Shown: positions 1 to 10,199 of the stretch, piece after piece
Layout: every line of letters starts with the position of its first letter
How positions within the stretch are numbered: position 1 is the first letter of the stretch
Assembly (NCBI GenBank): GCA_050874485.1
Contig: JBNMKT010000001.1
Coordinates: 1 to 43,618, forward strand
Origin: a bacterium
GTDB taxonomy: Bacteria; Bacillota; Clostridia; Lachnospirales; Lachnospiraceae
Length of the DNA: 43,618 bases
Reading direction: 5' to 3'
Position numbers and translations under genes: made by a program
Notes under the pieces: model-generated
Databases searched by the model: none
What the model was told of the DNA's origin: nothing
What the model saw: only the letters and a program-made list of their open reading frames with translations

Positions 1-1558
1 CCTCATAGCACACCTGTAAGATATCGTCGAGCATACGCCTGTATGTATGGACACTGAGCGCACGGCGCACAATCTGTCTGCACAGATCCTCGGTCAGTCT
101 GCGGTGTCTGCCAATCCAATGCAGCACATGCAGTTCAAACGGTCCGAGCTGCAGCAGCAGATACGGTTCACGAATATAGATGTCGGCGGCTGCCGCATAT
201 AAAAACGGGCTGTAAAGTCCGTCTGCAAACCATTGTTCCATCAGCTTTAGCTGTTTGCCCGATACCTCCGGTGAATGATCAGCGATCTGCATGATGATGA
301 ACCGAAGCCATGCATCTGTGTGCTTTTCCCTGTAAATCATACGGATATTCTCATGCAGCTTTTCGAACAGCTTCGGCTCCTTTTCCGTCAATGTGCACAG
401 ATAGAGGAAAAACGCCCACTCCCTGTCTGTACCGGCGCTGCGGCTGTGCCTGTACTCATCCATGATCCAGGCTGCCTCCTGCAGCTGCCTGTTGCATAGA
501 TACGCATAGGCACACCAGAGTGCATCCATATCCGAGTGTTCACCCCGTCCACGTCTGGCACGCAGACATTCCGTCGTCCGCTTTGCCCATTCACCGAGCA
601 CGATACTGCCATCCAGATAACGCTCGTAATCACGGTACAACTGCAGATTTTCCCGTTTGATCCTTCGACGGTCTTCGCGCTCGAGATCCAGGACTGCCTG
701 CTTCACGGCTGTGATCTCATACAGTTCCTGCTGCATCGGATTTTTGAATGTCAGTCTGGCATAATTCTTCCCGGCATGCATCCGCTCCGGATAGATCCGG
801 TAACGGAACTGCATATGATCCCCATTGAAATCATCACTGGTGAGCACCTCTTTTTCCGGTACTACAAAGTCAGCATCACTTGAAACCGACAGTTCGACAT
901 ATCCCCAGTCACTGCGTCGGAGCTCCAGCACTTCTTCTACTGCATCGGACACCTGCAGATGCGTATGTTCATGCTCGGATAATGTGATCCGCACGCGTTC
1001 CTTTTTCCCACATGCCACTAAGAATTCTTCTATATTCATGCGTGTCACCGGCTTCGTGGACAATAGTCTGTCGTAGAGCTGTTCACTCGTACTGCGCAGC
1101 AGCTTGCGGAAACCGGGGGCAGAAAATACATGCGTACTCTCACGCCAGTTTGTCCGGTACAGACGTACAAAATCATCCAGATTCGCGATGCGTCCAATCG
1201 AAGTCTCCGCGTACAGACGTTTCACGGCAACCGACCATGACAGATCATATTCGCCGCCATTGCTGATCACGAAAAACGTACCGGTAGCGACTTCTCCCTC
1301 CTGCATATGCTCTCCGTGAAACTCATATGCAATCTGTACCCGCTCACCCTGAAACTGTGGGTTCTTGATCTCCATACGCAGATCCGTGGAATAGATCACG
1401 CCCTTCATCGGTACATGGCGAATGCTCTCGATCGTAAATGTTCCGCTCGTGCTGACCCCCTCGACCGGTTCGAGACGAATCTGATCCGGCGTGATGGTCA
1501 GAACCGGTACATCGGTATATACTTTTCCCTCTGCCAGTTCTTCAATTCTTCTGTACAC
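1..1558 (-). CDS. DUF5717-like large protein, N-terminal part (runs off the left edge)
   Basis: Not in the ORF track because it has no stop in the window. Hand translation of the 5' part from GTG 1558 reads MYRRIEELAEGKVYTDVPVLTITPDQIRLEPVEGVSTSGTFTIESIRHVPMKGVIYSTDLRMEIKNPQFQGERVQIAYEFHG...SNGGEYDL, resembling Lachnospiraceae DUF5717 proteins. Frame not verified all the way to base 1. Confidence 0.65.
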   Translation of the reverse strand, partial: MYRRIEELAEGKVYTDVPVLTITPDQIRLEPVEGVSTSGTFTIESIRHVPMKGVIYSTDLRMEIKNPQFQGERVQIAYEFHGEHMQEGEVATGTFFVISNGGEYDLSWSVAVKRLYAETSIGRIANLDDFVRLYRTNWRESTHVFSAPGFRKLLRSTSEQLYDRLLSTKPVTRMNIEEFLVACGKKERVRITLSEHEHTHLQVSDAVEEVLELRRSDWGYVELSVSSDADFVVPEKEVLTSDDFNGDHMQFRYRIYPERMHAGKNYARLTFKNPMQQELYEITAVKQAVLDLEREDRRRIKRENLQLYRDYERYLDGSIVLGEWAKRTTECLRARRGRGEHSDMDALWCAYAYLCNRQLQEAAWIMDEYRHSRSAGTDREWAFFLYLCTLTEKEPKLFEKLHENIRMIYREKHTDAWLRFIIMQIADHSPEVSGKQLKLMEQWFADGLYSPFLYAAAADIYIREPYLLLQLGPFELHVLHWIGRHRRLTEDLCRQIVRRALSVHTYRRMLDDILQVCYE

Positions 1559-1675
1559 GTCAACACCTGTTTTTATTAGTTGAATTTATTTATAGTTATG
1601 GTATACTATCAGATAACATTATACAATATTTAGTAGTTGTTAGCAATCATTTTTGGGTTAGGAGGCGCCAAAATC

Positions 1676-2794
1676 GTGGATAGTAAAGTGGATAATCAGA
1701 ATCAAAAAATTAAACCGAAAGAACATTTTCATGGCAGTGATCTGGAAAAAATCGAAAAGATCTATGGCATTCGTAAGGAAGACATCACCAGTTTTTCTGC
1801 CAACGTCAATCCGCTCGGTATCTCACCCAAACTGCGTGAGACGCTGGCATCCCATGTAGATGCGATCACGACCTATCCGGATCGTGAATATACTTCCCTG
1901 CGCAGCTGTATCGCCGATTATGTAGGTGCCGACATGAAAAACATTCTGGTCGGGAATGGCTCCACCGAGCTGATCTCCCTGATCATCCAGATCGAGCATC
2001 CGAAAAAGGCGATGATTATCGGACCGACCTATTCGGAATACGAGCGCGAGGTCAAACTCGGCGGCGGTACAACGATCTACTATCCGCTGCGCGAGAGCGA
2101 CGGTTTCTGCATTCAGCCGGATGACTTTATCTCCAAGCTGAACGAATCGATCGATATGCTCGTCATCTGTAACCCGAACAATCCGACGAGCACCTGTATT
2201 ACGACCAAACAGATGCGTCATATTCTCGATGCCTGCAAGGAGCATGGCATCTTTGTCATGGTCGATGAGACCTATGTAGAATTTGCGACTGATGTGGAAC
2301 GTGTCACAGCCGTTCCGCTCACCAAGTTTTATGACAATCTGATCATTCTCCGTGGCACAAGCAAATTTTTTGCTGCACCCGGACTACGTCTCGGCTATGC
2401 GATCACTGGCAACCGTGACCTGTTAAAGAATTTAAGTACCAGACAAAATCCCTGGAGCATCAGTTCACTGGCAGCGATCGCCGGTGAGATCATGTTCACC
2501 GACCAGGACTACATCGAGCAGACACGTGCGCTGATCTCCTCTGAACGTGAGCGCATGTACAACATGCTCCGCTCACATCCCGACTACCGGGTATATGAGC
2601 CATCTGCGAACTTCCTGCTCGTCAAGCTGCTGCGTGAGGATCAGACGAGTGAGGCATTGTTCGACAAGGCCATCCGGCGCAAAATGATGATCCGTGACTG
2701 TTCGACCTTCCCGTTCCTCGATGACCGCTACATCCGCTTCTGTATCATGTCTCCGGAAATGAATGACCGGTTAATGGAATGTATTCTTGAATAG
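1676..2794 (+). CDS. Class I/II PLP enzyme, threonine-phosphate decarboxylase CobD / histidinol-phosphate transaminase-like
   Basis: HGSD, FSANVNPLG, CNPNNPT, DETY and SKFFAAPGLRLGY motifs. GGAGG precedes GTG 1676 (the track extends the ORF to 1637). Confidence 0.85.
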   Translation: MDSKVDNQNQKIKPKEHFHGSDLEKIEKIYGIRKEDITSFSANVNPLGISPKLRETLASHVDAITTYPDREYTSLRSCIADYVGADMKNILVGNGSTELISLIIQIEHPKKAMIIGPTYSEYEREVKLGGGTTIYYPLRESDGFCIQPDDFISKLNESIDMLVICNPNNPTSTCITTKQMRHILDACKEHGIFVMVDETYVEFATDVERVTAVPLTKFYDNLIILRGTSKFFAAPGLRLGYAITGNRDLLKNLSTRQNPWSISSLAAIAGEIMFTDQDYIEQTRALISSERERMYNMLRSHPDYRVYEPSANFLLVKLLREDQTSEALFDKAIRRKMMIRDCSTFPFLDDRYIRFCIMSPEMNDRLMECILE

Positions 2795-2806
2795 CAAAAG
2801 AATAGC

Positions 2807-2842
2807 AAAAAATGGATTCTGCAAATGCAGAATCCATTTTTT
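2807..2842. terminator. Bidirectional intrinsic terminator
   Basis: AAAAAATGGATTCTGCA-AA-TGCAGAATCCATTTTTT between convergent genes. Confidence 0.9.
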
Positions 2843-2847
2843 ATGTT

Positions 2848-4070
2848 TTAGAATTTAATCTCTTTTCCTTCCAGTCTCCACTGACGCATCTCAGCAGATG
2901 CAGAAAGCAGCAGATCTGATGAAGAGTTCAGTGCTGTCTCCACAGAGTCCTGAATCACGCCTATGATAAATCCTACTCCGACTACCTGATAAGCGACTGT
3001 ATCCGGAATGCCGAACAATGAACATGCAAGCGGAATCAACAATAATGATCCACCGGCTACACCGGATGCACCACATGCCGACAATGCAGCGAGAATACTG
3101 AGGATAATCGCAGAGGGAAGATCCACTCCGATTCCCATCGTATAGGCAGTCGCCATTGTCATGACAGTGATCGTGATCGCTGCACCGTCCATATTGATCG
3201 TCGCACCAAGCGGAATCGTCACAGAATACGTATCCTTATCCAGTCCGAACTCCTCGCATGCCTTCATATTCACCGGAATATTCGCAGCAGAACTACGTGT
3301 AAAGAATGCTGTGATCGCGCTCTTCTTCAAACACTTAAAGATCAGCGGATACGGATTCTTTCTGATACACCAGTACACAAGAATCGGGTTGGTCACAAAG
3401 TAGATAAACAGCATCGATCCAACCAGAAGCGCTAACAGCTTTCCGTATGATGTAAAGATATCCAGACCATTTTCAGATACGGTTGTAAATACAAGACCCA
3501 GAATTCCAAACGGTGCCAGATTGATGATCCATGTCACTACCTGCGATAATCCGTTTGAAATATCACCGAGTACCTTCTTTGTCGCATCATTGGCTGCCTT
3601 AAATGCCAGTCCGATCAATACCGCCCACGCGAGAATGCCGACATAGTTTGCATTTGCCAGTGAGCTGATCGGGTTTGCCACGATATTCATGAGCAGATTT
3701 TTCAACACTTCAAGAATGCCCTGCGGTGCTGTCGTATCCGTCACTGCATCTACTAAAATGAGTTTTACCGGAAACAGTCTGCTCGCAAACACTGCGATGA
3801 CTGCAGCCAGAAATGTACTGAACATATACAGACCGATGACGGTGCGGATCACACCGCCATGGCTGTTTGTCGCGTTGCTGAGCGAACTGATAACCAGGAA
3901 AAATACAAGCAGCGGCGCAATTGCTTTTAACGCACCTACGAAAACATCTCCCAGGATGCCGATTGCGGCTGCCTGCGGAATGACCATACCTAAGATTGCT
4001 CCGATGATCAGACCGAACAGGATACGCACAACCAGACTCACGTTCGTCCATGATTCCCATATTTTTTCAT
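2848..4070 (-). CDS. sstT: Serine/threonine transporter SstT (DAACS family), apparently frameshifted just after the start codon
   Basis: FFTRSSAANIPVN, GATINMDGAA, CGASGVAGGSLLLIP and QDSVETALNSS motifs. The ATG with an RBS at 4070 is out of frame by one base (see findings). Confidence 0.85.
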
Positions 4071-4093
4071 ATACTATGCTCCTTCGCTGCCTC

Positions 4094-5479
4094 TTATTTT
4101 GCAGATAAATATGCGTCAATTCCCTTTGCGGCAGCTTTTCCTGCTCCCATTGCAAGAATAACGGTAGCAGCACCTGTCACAGCATCGCCACCTGCATATA
4201 CACCTTCCTTAGAAGTAGCTCCGGTATCTTCTGTTGCCACGATACATTTTCTGCGGTTGATCTCAAGTCCCTTTGTCGTTGAAGAGATCAGCGGATTCGG
4301 AGAGGTTCCCAGAGACATGATGACTGTATCAGCCTCGATCTCGTACTCTGATCCAGGGATCTCTACCGGGCTTCTTCTGCCTGACTCATCCGGCTCACCG
4401 AGCTCCATCTTGATGATCTTGATTCCTTTTACCCAGCCATTCTCATCGACGAGAATCTCGGTAGGATTCTGCAGAAGGTCGAAAATGATGCCCTCTTCCT
4501 TTGCATGGTGTACTTCCTCCACACGTGCAGGCAGCTCTGCCTCACCACGACGATATACAACGTGTACTTCCGCACCGAGACGAAGTGCTGTTCTGGCAGC
4601 ATCCATCGCTACGTTTCCACCACCGACTACAACTACCTTTTTGCCACGGCTGATCGGTGTATCATAGTCATCCATAAATGCCTTCATCAGGTTATTTCTC
4701 GTCAGGAACTCATTTGCAGAGAACACACCGTTTGCCTGCTCACCGGGGATACCCATAAATCTGGGCAGTCCTGCTCCGGAGCCGATAAATACAGCCTCGA
4801 ATCCCTCTTCTTCAATCAGTTCATCGATCGTTGTAGACTTTCCGATAACAACGTTTGTCTCGATCTTGACACCGAGTGACTTCACATTCTCTACCTCGGC
4901 AGCAACAACCTTCTGCTTCGGCAGACGGAACTCCGGAATACCATAGCTGAGTACTCCGCCAGCCTGGTGCAATGCCTCAAAGATGGTCACTTCGTAACCA
5001 AGCTTTGCCAGATCCCCGGCACAGGTCAGACCCGCAGGGCCGGAACCGATGACAGCCACCTTATGACCATTTAACTTTTCTGCCTTCTTCGGCTTGATAC
5101 CATTCTCACGTGCCCAGTCAGCGACAAAACGCTCCAGCTTTCCGATCGATACCGGCTCGCCCTTGATACCGCGGATACATTTTCCTTCACACTGGCTCTC
5201 CTGGGGACATACACGTCCGCAAACAGCCGGCAGTGCAGATGACTGGCTGATAATCTGATAAGCCTCCTCAAAATTACGCTCTTTTACCTGCTGGATAAAT
5301 GCAGGGATATTGATCGATACAGGACATCCCTGCACACACAGCGGATTCTTACAATTTAAGCAGCGCTTTGCCTCCTCAACTGCTTCTTCCTCATTATATC
5401 CGAGGCACACCTCTTCAAAGTTGGTTGCGCGCACCTTCGGATCCTGCTCACGAACAGGTACTCTTGTCATTCCTTCCAT
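4094..5479 (-). CDS. nfnB: NfnB/SudA-type flavoprotein (GltD-like, glutamate synthase beta-like)
   Basis: RCLNCKNPLC...CP and CGRVCPQE..CE Fe-S motifs, GSGPAG and GGGNVAMD Rossmann motifs, adjacent to an NfnA-like gene. Confidence 0.85.
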   Translation of the reverse strand: MEGMTRVPVREQDPKVRATNFEEVCLGYNEEEAVEEAKRCLNCKNPLCVQGCPVSINIPAFIQQVKERNFEEAYQIISQSSALPAVCGRVCPQESQCEGKCIRGIKGEPVSIGKLERFVADWARENGIKPKKAEKLNGHKVAVIGSGPAGLTCAGDLAKLGYEVTIFEALHQAGGVLSYGIPEFRLPKQKVVAAEVENVKSLGVKIETNVVIGKSTTIDELIEEEGFEAVFIGSGAGLPRFMGIPGEQANGVFSANEFLTRNNLMKAFMDDYDTPISRGKKVVVVGGGNVAMDAARTALRLGAEVHVVYRRGEAELPARVEEVHHAKEEGIIFDLLQNPTEILVDENGWVKGIKIIKMELGEPDESGRRSPVEIPGSEYEIEADTVIMSLGTSPNPLISSTTKGLEINRRKCIVATEDTGATSKEGVYAGGDAVTGAATVILAMGAGKAAAKGIDAYLSAK

Positions 5480-6372
5480 TATTTGTCACCTCCACAATGT
5501 CCGCAGCCGCCGTGATGCGTAGCGCCTTCTTCTAAAGCAAGCTTTGCTCTGCCTTCCTCGGTCTTATACTGCTGCATTCTCTTCATTGCCTGATCGAAAT
5601 CTACCAGATGTCCGTCAAACTCAGGTCCATCTACACATGCGAACTTCACCTGGTCACCGACTACCAGACGACATGCACCACACATACCGGTTCCATCTAC
5701 CATAATCGGGTTCATCGATACGATGGTCGGCAGGTTCAGCTGTTTGGTCAGCAGGCACACAAATTTCATCATGATCATCGGTCCGATCGCTACACACTGG
5801 TCATAGGTGACACCCTCATCATAGAGCGCCTGCAGCTGCGCCGTACCTACACCGTGGAAACCAAAGCTGCCGTCATCCGTACAGATATAGCAGTTCTTTG
5901 CCACAGCCTTCATCTCATCCATATAGAACAGCAGATCCTTGGTTCTTGAACCCATGATCACATCTGCGTCCACACCATGCTCATGCAGCCATTTTACCTG
6001 CGGATACACAGGTGCTGTTCCGAGTCCTCCTGCGATAAACACAATCTTCTTTTTCTTTGTCTCTTCGAGATTTTCCTCCTGACATAACTCAGAAGGACAT
6101 CCAAGCGGTCCTACAAAATCCTCGAATGACTCCATGGTATCAATATTCATTAACATACGCTCGGTAGAAGCGCCGACTGCCTGAACAACAATCGTCACCG
6201 TACCTGCCTCTCTGTCATAATCACAGATCGTCAACGGGATACGCTCACCCTTTTCATCTGTTTTCACAATGACGAACTGACCCGGCAGACAGGACTTTGC
6301 ACAACGCTCTGCCTTCACTTCCATCAGGAAGATCTTATCAGCCAAAATCTCTTTTCTCACGATCGGGTACAT
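5479..6372 (-). CDS. nfnA: NfnA/SudB-type FAD/[2Fe-2S] subunit of electron-bifurcating transhydrogenase
   Basis: PGQFVIV, GERIPLTI, GGLGTAP and MVDGTGMCGACR...CVDGPEFDG. GGAGG precedes ATG 6372. Confidence 0.85.
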   Translation of the reverse strand: MYPIVRKEILADKIFLMEVKAERCAKSCLPGQFVIVKTDEKGERIPLTICDYDREAGTVTIVVQAVGASTERMLMNIDTMESFEDFVGPLGCPSELCQEENLEETKKKKIVFIAGGLGTAPVYPQVKWLHEHGVDADVIMGSRTKDLLFYMDEMKAVAKNCYICTDDGSFGFHGVGTAQLQALYDEGVTYDQCVAIGPMIMMKFVCLLTKQLNLPTIVSMNPIMVDGTGMCGACRLVVGDQVKFACVDGPEFDGHLVDFDQAMKRMQQYKTEEGRAKLALEEGATHHGGCGHCGGDK

Positions 6373-6542
6373 ACTTTTTCCTCCATTCATTCAATCCCCT
6401 CTTCACGAGGCCGTGCAGCTGTGCAGTACCTTCACAGCCACATGCTATTCTTTTTTTGCGCTTGAATACAGCACACTAATACTATAATAAAATAAAGCGA
6501 CCCTTTTTTCAACGAATTTTCTCATTTTCGTCAAAAAAATAA

Positions 6543-6627
6543 GTAACAGTTCAGCCATCACCTGCGAAATATGCTCATTCATGCAAGCATGACTCGCACA
6601 TTTTCTCGGTGATGGCTGAACTGTTAC
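6543..6627. repeat. 85-bp intergenic palindrome (REP/MITE-like)
   Basis: Perfect 20-bp inverted repeat GTAACAGTTCAGCCATCACC (6543-6562) / GGTGATGGCTGAACTGTTAC (6608-6627), with an inner TCATGC-AA-GCATGA hairpin. Confidence 0.75.
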
Positions 6628-7218
6628 CTAATATTCAAATTCATATTTCTCATATGCATTGATAATCGTCGTCGAACCATATGTACGAACCCGCTCCCTG
6701 TTCACACCGTAATTCATATGAACATGACCGTGTATCATATATTTGGGCTGATAATCATCCAGCAGCTTTCTCAGGCACTCGAACCCGGTATGTGTCGGAT
6801 CTATGTCATCTCCCAGTCCCCTGGCCGGCGAATGTGTGAGCAGAATATCAAATCCGCCACTCCGCTTCAACTGACGGCGGAGCTTTCGTATCCGGTGTTC
6901 CATCTCGCCCTCCGTATACTGATCCGGGCCAGGCTTGTAGCGGATGCTGCCACCCAGTCCGAGGATACGAACACCCTTATACTCATAGATACAATCCTCG
7001 ATACAGACGCATCCGGCTGGACTCTGCTTACCGTGCGTATGGTCGTGGTTGCCGAATACATGTAAAATATCCGAAGGTGCATACACACTCAGATACTCCA
7101 GATAGTCCGGCTTCAAATCTCCTGCCGCCAGTATCATATCAAATTTTCTCAGATAGTCCCGATCCAGATGCTCCCACAGAACTTTCGATTCAACATCTGC
7201 CAGTGTTAATATTTTCAT
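6628..7218 (-). CDS. Calcineurin-like metallophosphoesterase
   Basis: D(V)E, AGD, GNHD, TH and HGHVH metal-binding motifs. Confidence 0.9.
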   Translation of the reverse strand: MKILTLADVESKVLWEHLDRDYLRKFDMILAAGDLKPDYLEYLSVYAPSDILHVFGNHDHTHGKQSPAGCVCIEDCIYEYKGVRILGLGGSIRYKPGPDQYTEGEMEHRIRKLRRQLKRSGGFDILLTHSPARGLGDDIDPTHTGFECLRKLLDDYQPKYMIHGHVHMNYGVNRERVRTYGSTTIINAYEKYEFEY

Positions 7219-7240
7219 ACACGGTAGTCTCCCTGTTTAT

Positions 7241-9175
7241 CTATGGTTCGTCCTGCGCAAGATCACCCTGCAGCATCACAAGTGGCAATGCATCATCACG
7301 CAGATCACCAAATGCCGGTATGCTGCCCTCTACATTATCCAGCAGCCAGTCCATCTTCACAATCTGTTCATGACTCATATGTGCTCCTGCCTCCTGGCGG
7401 CGCACACCTTCATTATCCGTCAATTCGGTATCAAATGGGCGGAACTGGCCTTTTTGGATCAATTCCGTCATGATCGACACCAGTCGTCTGGTCTCTGACG
7501 GCAGTTTTCCGGAGCAGATCAGCTCCGTTACCCCTGCCGACATGCCCCACCAGTAGTTGATGGCACGGTTTCTATTGACCGTGAGATCCATCGTCCAGGT
7601 ATCCTTGCGGATTCCCTGTATGATCTGCTCATAAAACTTGCCCCAGTGACATACGGTTGTCGCTACACTGCGCAGTTCTTCACCATCACGCTCATAGAGA
7701 CCGAATCGGCGGTTCGGATGCTCTGGAACAATAAAATCCTTATCGGAAACAAAACGGATATCCGCATCCAGCTGTTCGCCCGGCCGCTCCACGCCTTTGA
7801 CCGATGACCATACCAGCTGTATCTTTGCCTGTGGATTCACCATCTTGGCTCCGAGCGCAAATGCATTAATATTCGATATCGTACTGAAAATCGGATAATC
7901 GGCTATATACCCGATCCGATCTGGCCCGGACAAAGAACCGGCAATCAGTCCCAGCAGGAACTTCGGTTCATACATCCGGCAGTAATAGGTACGGATACTG
8001 TTGTAGGTAGAGTTTGTCGAGCAATTTAAGATCTTGACCTCCGGATGTGCGACAGCCGCCTTGAGGCTGGCTGCACTCAGATAGGGAGTCGTCGTAAAAA
8101 TGATCTCATTCCCATCATCGATCGCACGCTCTACAATATCCATCGGTGAGAATGTATAGTCCGCATGGCAATAGGTCTTCGTCTCTATCTGATCCCCAAA
8201 TACGCTCTCCAGATACAGTCTGCCCAGTTCATGCGCATAGGTCCACGCAGATGTCTGTGGTGCCTTTCCATAGATAAATCCCACATGCAGCTTCCGGTTG
8301 TTTGAGCCTCCGAGAAACGGGATACGCTTTTTGAGCAGTGATGCCGTCGTAGGCGTCTCTGTCGGTTCTAACAGCAGCTTCATGGACTGATCCTGTGCCT
8401 GGGTCAGAAACTCATGCCAGATCCGGTCGATCTCATTGCGCAGGTCGGAATTGGAACGGTACGGCAGTTCCTTTCTGCCATAGACACGCAGATACACCAG
8501 AAACGCATCTGCTGCTGTCACGCGCAGCCGCTCTCCGCCCATACTTAAAAACACCTGTTCAAACCGCTGGAAATCACTGCGCAGCTGCTGTCTTTCTTCC
8601 TCCGACCAGAGCTGTTTCCAGCCTTTCCCATAGAAATTGCACAGTTCCTCATAAGCGCCTAAGGTTGAAAAATCAAGCAGGCACAGCCCGGATGCCTCAT
8701 AGAAGTCGACATATTCATAGTAGATCCGCACCTGCAGATCATCCGTCTTCTTCGGTAACAACCGGATCACATTGGCAGAGATACTTGCAGCTTCCACATA
8801 TTTCAGTACGCTGACACGTTTATTGCCTTCCTGGACATAATAACGCATCATATACTCATATGCCAGAATCGGGTCACGGATGCCTTCTTCCATCTGTGCA
8901 TCATAGAGATTGCTCCATTTGAGTGAAAACTCAGTGCCCTCCTCTAAAAGCGGCATAAAATTGTTGGCAAAAGAATTCTTGCGTCCGCTGGTACGCGTAC
9001 CGGCTACTTTACTCAACGGGATATCGATCACTCCGAGCGGTTCTTCCCCACAGATCATATCTCTGGAGACAAACTCGTCAAGCGCCGGTAAATACGGATA
9101 TTTTCCATTTGATACTGCTGATCTGGCAGCTTTGAGCGCCAGCTTTTTTGCAGCCTGATAATTTTCGTTTGCCAT
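7241..9175 (-). CDS. BMP-family (PnrA-like) binding-domain protein with an N-terminal ParB-like domain
   Basis: C-terminal W..AHELGR, INAFALGAK..NP BMP pattern. N-terminal I.GT...R...F..NFMP...W...PI..YE....YYVQEGNKRVSV pattern. No signal peptide or lipobox. Confidence 0.7.
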   Translation of the reverse strand: MANENYQAAKKLALKAARSAVSNGKYPYLPALDEFVSRDMICGEEPLGVIDIPLSKVAGTRTSGRKNSFANNFMPLLEEGTEFSLKWSNLYDAQMEEGIRDPILAYEYMMRYYVQEGNKRVSVLKYVEAASISANVIRLLPKKTDDLQVRIYYEYVDFYEASGLCLLDFSTLGAYEELCNFYGKGWKQLWSEEERQQLRSDFQRFEQVFLSMGGERLRVTAADAFLVYLRVYGRKELPYRSNSDLRNEIDRIWHEFLTQAQDQSMKLLLEPTETPTTASLLKKRIPFLGGSNNRKLHVGFIYGKAPQTSAWTYAHELGRLYLESVFGDQIETKTYCHADYTFSPMDIVERAIDDGNEIIFTTTPYLSAASLKAAVAHPEVKILNCSTNSTYNSIRTYYCRMYEPKFLLGLIAGSLSGPDRIGYIADYPIFSTISNINAFALGAKMVNPQAKIQLVWSSVKGVERPGEQLDADIRFVSDKDFIVPEHPNRRFGLYERDGEELRSVATTVCHWGKFYEQIIQGIRKDTWTMDLTVNRNRAINYWWGMSAGVTELICSGKLPSETRRLVSIMTELIQKGQFRPFDTELTDNEGVRRQEAGAHMSHEQIVKMDWLLDNVEGSIPAFGDLRDDALPLVMLQGDLAQDEP

Positions 9176-9199
9176 ATATTCTCCTCACAATCCGAAAAA

Positions 9200-10147
9200 C
9201 TACGAAAAGTAAACCAGTTCATCCTCCGGTTTTTCGGCCGGTACGACCTCAATGGCATGGAGCACCGGGCCTTTTCCCTTATACTCCATTGCGAATTCAT
9301 ACGCTACCTCTGCGGTCACCCACACCCAGGAACGGTGTTCAATCGTACTTGCCTTGTCATATTTACATTTGATACCAACAAACTGGATATCCTCTGCACA
9401 ACAGGTCATCGCAAAACGGCCGGGTACAAACACATCGCTTTTCAGCTTTCCCTTGGGTTTATACACAAGTGCAAGATATTTCACTTTCTTTCCGACGTAC
9501 TTCTTGGGATTATCCATAATATCCAGATAGAAAATGCCATAATCCGCATCGGAGATATCCAGAAAATCTGCGTTGATATCGTAAGGCAGCTCGTCGTCAT
9601 AGTTTTCATCCAGTGAGCCGTCTGCACGCTCGTATACAATCTGCGCCTTGCGGTTCTTTGCCTTGACACTGCGGCGGAAACGCGCTTTGGGTGTCTCATC
9701 GTCACAGCGGTTAAATATCACGACATCTGAGATAAAAAACTGCTCCAGCATCATGGTACGCATATTATTCAGATACATCTCATAAGTCGTCGCATCCACG
9801 GTCGTGAGCGTCTGGACGATCGTCCATCCATCGGGCGCATCCAGATCCAGCAGCGGCGCCAATTCCCATGTGCCGTTGTACTCGATAAACACCTGATCCG
9901 GATGATATTGTTCGTGCAGCTCATGAAATTTTTCACGTGTGATCTGTTTTACATCGTCGAGCATGACCAGACTGGCATCGATACCAGCCAGCTTCTGCTC
10001 ATCCAGTTCCACATCACCATCTTCACACAGGATGATGAGCGTCTTTGCATCTTTACCGAATTCATTTTCGAACAAAGTCTCCGAGATAAGCGAAGTCTTT
10101 CCGCTATCCATGAATCCGGTAAACAGATATACAGGTATTTCTTGCAT
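9200..10147 (-). CDS. CobW-like GTPase domain fused to a DUF1980/TIGR03943-type C-terminal domain
   Basis: TGFMDSGKT Walker A, EYNG and NRCD motifs; C-terminal RFAMTCCAED. Confidence 0.75.
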   Translation of the reverse strand: MQEIPVYLFTGFMDSGKTSLISETLFENEFGKDAKTLIILCEDGDVELDEQKLAGIDASLVMLDDVKQITREKFHELHEQYHPDQVFIEYNGTWELAPLLDLDAPDGWTIVQTLTTVDATTYEMYLNNMRTMMLEQFFISDVVIFNRCDDETPKARFRRSVKAKNRKAQIVYERADGSLDENYDDELPYDINADFLDISDADYGIFYLDIMDNPKKYVGKKVKYLALVYKPKGKLKSDVFVPGRFAMTCCAEDIQFVGIKCKYDKASTIEHRSWVWVTAEVAYEFAMEYKGKGPVLHAIEVVPAEKPEDELVYFS

Positions 10148-10199
10148 ATTCGTTCCATCTCCTTATACTGCCGTCTGCCCCGTCAAAAGAACAGACCGC

